This document shows positions 15,405 to 18,395 of a DNA stretch of 18,395 bases, piece after piece; positions within the stretch are counted from its first letter, which is position 1, and each line of letters starts with the position of its first letter. This DNA comes from an uncultured archaeon (lineage in GTDB: Archaea > Asgardarchaeota > Thorarchaeia > Thorarchaeales > Thorarchaeaceae), in assembly GCA_964458565.1 (NCBI GenBank), contig CAYWJO010000025.1, positions 30,434-48,828 on the forward strand, given 5' to 3'. Below the pieces are notes generated by a model. It saw nothing but the letters and a program-made list of their open reading frames with translations, made no database searches and was not told where the DNA came from. Made by a program: the position numbers and the translations under genes.

Positions 15405-18325
15405 ATGATTGATATCTATAGTAGTGATAGTCAGCCAAATCCACTTGACGATATAATCATTGATTATCTATTAGGACAAAAAACGAAGGACCTCGGCTTG
15501 ATTTCAAATATGAAATAAATATCCAAAAAGGAGAAGATTTCCCAGAGATTGCGAAGGATCTTTTCGCTATGTCAAATTATGGTGGGGGCTATATAATTGC
15601 AGGGGTCAAAGAAACGCCAACAGGTACGTTTGAATTTATTGGACTTCCAAAAGGATTCCATATAGACCAGGCAGTTATTCAAGAGAAATTCAATTCATAT
15701 TCCTCAACTAAAATTCAGATTTTCTATACCGAACCAGAGAGAGAAGTTGATGGGGAAGTTCGAAAGTTTCCAGTTATTTATGCTCCACCATCAAAAGGCT
15801 TCTTGGTGCCATCAAAAGATGGAGAGTATAAAAAAAGTACAAAGAATAGAATTGCTTTTAGAATAGGCCAGTTATTCATCCGACGTGGAACTCAAAGTGT
15901 TCCCGCAACAAGTGAAGAGATTAGTAGAATATCAGAAAGAATAGCTAATCAAATTCTAAAACCATCTTTGCTATCTGGAAATCCTGATTCGGTTAAGGAG
16001 ATTCTATTTGGTAACTTTCTAAAAGTAAATCGCTTACCACCGAATATCTATATAGGTAAAGCTTTTCCAAAACGAAAAGAAACGGAGAAACAATATAGGT
16101 TCCCAGGTCCACATGTTGTTGTCGATGGATACTTCTATTCTTTTTTGGATCTATCACGACCGGGATTTCAGAATCGTGTGATTCAGGATTCTATTACTCA
16201 GTTAAAGACTGATTCAATGCTCGATGAAGAAGCAGACCAAGACATAATTATCAGATTGTTGAACAATGAGATTAGAAACGCGGGTCGTCATCTAGGTTTG
16301 TACTATCAAAAGAGGAAGGTCTCTATGTACTTTCCAGTCCGAAGCAAAGGTGACAGTTTTAGAAAAAAACAATGGCCTGGAAGATATCGAAGGTCAACTC
16401 GTACTGTTGCCAAGAAATTTACCCATAAAGGAAAGTCACGTTATTCTCATCCTGCAGTTCAGTTTAGATTTGCTTTTGTTGGTGACGGATTATATCTTCA
16501 AGTTCTTCCTAGATTTGTCCTTACACTTGATGGTTTTGAACCAATTAGTGATAGTGACTCTGGACCAGTTATTACCAAGCTATCATATAGACAATATAAT
16601 ACTCAATATCTTCTGAATATCTTATTCTGGATTTCCATATTACCGAGAAACTCACAAGGAATGATTGAATTAGATGAACGGATTGGTATATCAGACGAAT
16701 TAGTTCAAACAGTTATTGATGTGGGTATTCAAGAGGATCTACCTGTAACAACCCAAGCAAAAGAATTGGAAGAACATTATGTTGATGTTGTTAAACCGCG
16801 TCGTCCAAAGTTTCAAGCAACATATCTTGGCGAGCCAGATTTGATGTTTGGGCATGGAGGTGTTGAGAAGGATCCAAGAATCGGAATGAAGGAATATGGT
16901 CCGTATGAAGATTCTGATGGAACTCCATCTCTGTCACAGATACGTATTGGTATTGTAGGAACAGGACAAAGTATACAGCATGCTAAGAGTGTCCTTGCTA
17001 TGCTAGGTTCCAAGATAGATTCTCCTAAAGCAAACAAATGGTTGTTCCCTTCGTTTCCTGGTTTTAGTCGTAACAATCCTATTGATTGTGAGATTATTCA
17101 TTCGCCAAATTGGATAGCACGAATTCCTAAGGCTAGAATAGAACGAGTACTTCAAGTTGCAGATGTAAATCAACGAATCGCCGATGCTGCAAGTCTATTT
17201 ACCGAATACGCTTCCAAGATAATGATGGAAGATTCTCCTCCAGCTGTTTTAGTTTACGCACTTCCAGAGGAGATTGAGGAATACTGTGGAATATCAAAAA
17301 GAACCAGAGGCGCAAAACGTCCCAAGTTTAGTGAAGAAGAGAAAAGAAAACAAAAATTGGTAGAAACGGGACAAACATTCCTAACTGAATGGGGATTTGC
17401 CATTGAAGATGATGTGGATGATGTACCCCGAAGCTATGATTTGTGGGCAGCTCTGAAAGGACGTGCTATGGATCTAAATGTTCCAATTCAAATAATGCAA
17501 GAAAGTACATGCAGTGCAATCCTGAATTATTCAGAATCATCGGGTGATGTCGAGCCTCCATCAACCTATGCTTGGAATCTCTCGACAGGTCTCTATTACA
17601 AAGCTAGTGGGAGACCATGGCGCCTTGCAAAACTTACTCAGGGAACATGTTATGTTGGTATTTCCTTTTACAAAAGTCGACATGAAGTAGATGAAAAATT
17701 ACGTACCGCGATGGCTCAAGTGTTTACACATAGTGGGGAAGGATTTGTTCTCAGAGGTGGAGAAGTAAAGATTCAAGAGAGTACTAAAGAAGCTCATTTA
17801 GGTAAACAACAAGCATCTCTACTAATTGAAGAAGTAATAGAAAAGTTCACTAAACGTACTGAGGCTCCACCCTCAAGGGTAGTTATACATAAATCATCTT
17901 TCTTTTCAGAGGAGGAACGTGAAGGGTTTTCTGAAGCAATTGGAAACATACCTGTAGATTATGTATCCATACAGACATGGTCCAGATTTCGATTTCTTCG
18001 AAGTGGAAAATATCCCGTTCTTAGAGGAACTTTAATTTCCCTCACTCCAAATGATCATCTACTATTCACTCATGGCTACTCTCCAAGGTTGAGATCATAC
18101 CCAGGACATCGAGTGCCAACTCCTTTGTTAATTCAGCATAGTGGTGATACTGAAATAGGAATAATTAGCAAAGAGATTCTTAGTTTGACAAAACTAGATT
18201 GGAATAGTACTGCATTCAATAAGAAGGTGCCAATTACACTTGCATTCTCTAGAAAAGTAGGATTGGTCCTAGCCGAGTTTCCTGAGGATATGAATGTAAA
18301 AAATCATTACAAGTATTATATGTAA
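15405..18325 (+). CDS. ago: Schlafen(AlbA_2)-APAZ-short prokaryotic Argonaute fusion (catalytically inactive PIWI); 1-nt frameshift at A6 run 15478-15483
   Basis: AlbA_2: NEGPRLDFK...EIAKDLFAMSNYGGGYIIAGV...FIRRGTQS. APAZ-like from ~15995: EILFGNFLKV..LP.NIY...LQVLPRFVLTLDG...YN.QY...ILFWISIL. Short pAgo from ~16811: EPDLMFG...DPRIG...YGPY, IRIGIVGT, FPSFPGF, LKGRAM...PIQI, WNLSTGLYYKASGRPW, CYVGISFY, VVIHKSS, RGT, LTKLDWN...PITL. The track ORF 15569..18325 lacks the first Schlafen motif, and one extra A gives a 973-aa protein. Confidence 0.88.
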
Positions 18326-18342
18326 GTAAATTAATTTTGAAA

Positions 18343-18395
18343 TGGTGGGCCGGAGGCGATTTGAACGCCCGATCCCGTGGATCCGAACCACGAAT
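18343..18395 (-). tRNA. tRNA-Pro(CGG), 3' portion (5' end outside the window), CCA encoded
   Basis: Reverse complement: anticodon arm CGTGG-TTCGGAT-CCACG, short variable loop GGATC, T arm GGGCG-TTCAAAT-CGCCT, acceptor strand CCGGCCC-A-CCA. Confidence 0.9.

Noticed and set aside
16350-17076. ORFs 16350..16616 (+) and 16813..17076 (-) within the Ago gene
   Set aside because: Alternative-frame or antisense shadows with no recognisable motifs.
16811-18325. Catalytically active or long (eukaryote-like) Argonaute
   Set aside because: No PAZ domain recognised, catalytic Asp positions are substituted (GISF, HKSS), and the motifs match short pAgos.
1-18395. CRISPR array, integrase or transposase
   Set aside because: No regularly spaced short repeats and no tyrosine/serine recombinase or DDE motifs seen in any ORF.

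Overview
Archaeal chromosomal segment, most likely from an Asgard archaeon (inferred from Elf1, a multi-OB RPA large subunit plus an RPA32-like OB-wHTH gene, a Roc GTPase, a GIFT-like membrane protein and a BHB-type tRNA intron). The housekeeping backbone is RPA large and small subunits, sufS with a small Cys-containing wHTH gene, elf1, an Lhr helicase, engB, a SWIM protein and a metallophosphoesterase. Two accessory regions interrupt it. (1) A ~4.3 kb insert (2834-7117) in the 3' end of sufS, bounded by two diverged copies of the last 43 sufS codons. It carries a double-motif LAGLIDADG-like ORF, a WD40-remnant/Roc-COR/Schlafen(AlbA_2) gene and a 2-TM protein, but no integrase. (2) A single-polypeptide Schlafen(AlbA_2)-APAZ-short pAgo fusion. 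Its N-terminus lies across a 1-nt frameshift in an A6 run, and it sits between an intron-containing 5' half of a tRNA-Pro gene and a tRNA-Pro(CGG) gene in the opposite orientation. The Schlafen-APAZ-pAgo fusion, a candidate guide-activated RNase/tRNase defence system, is the top finding. All domain calls come from motif recognition by eye, not database searches.
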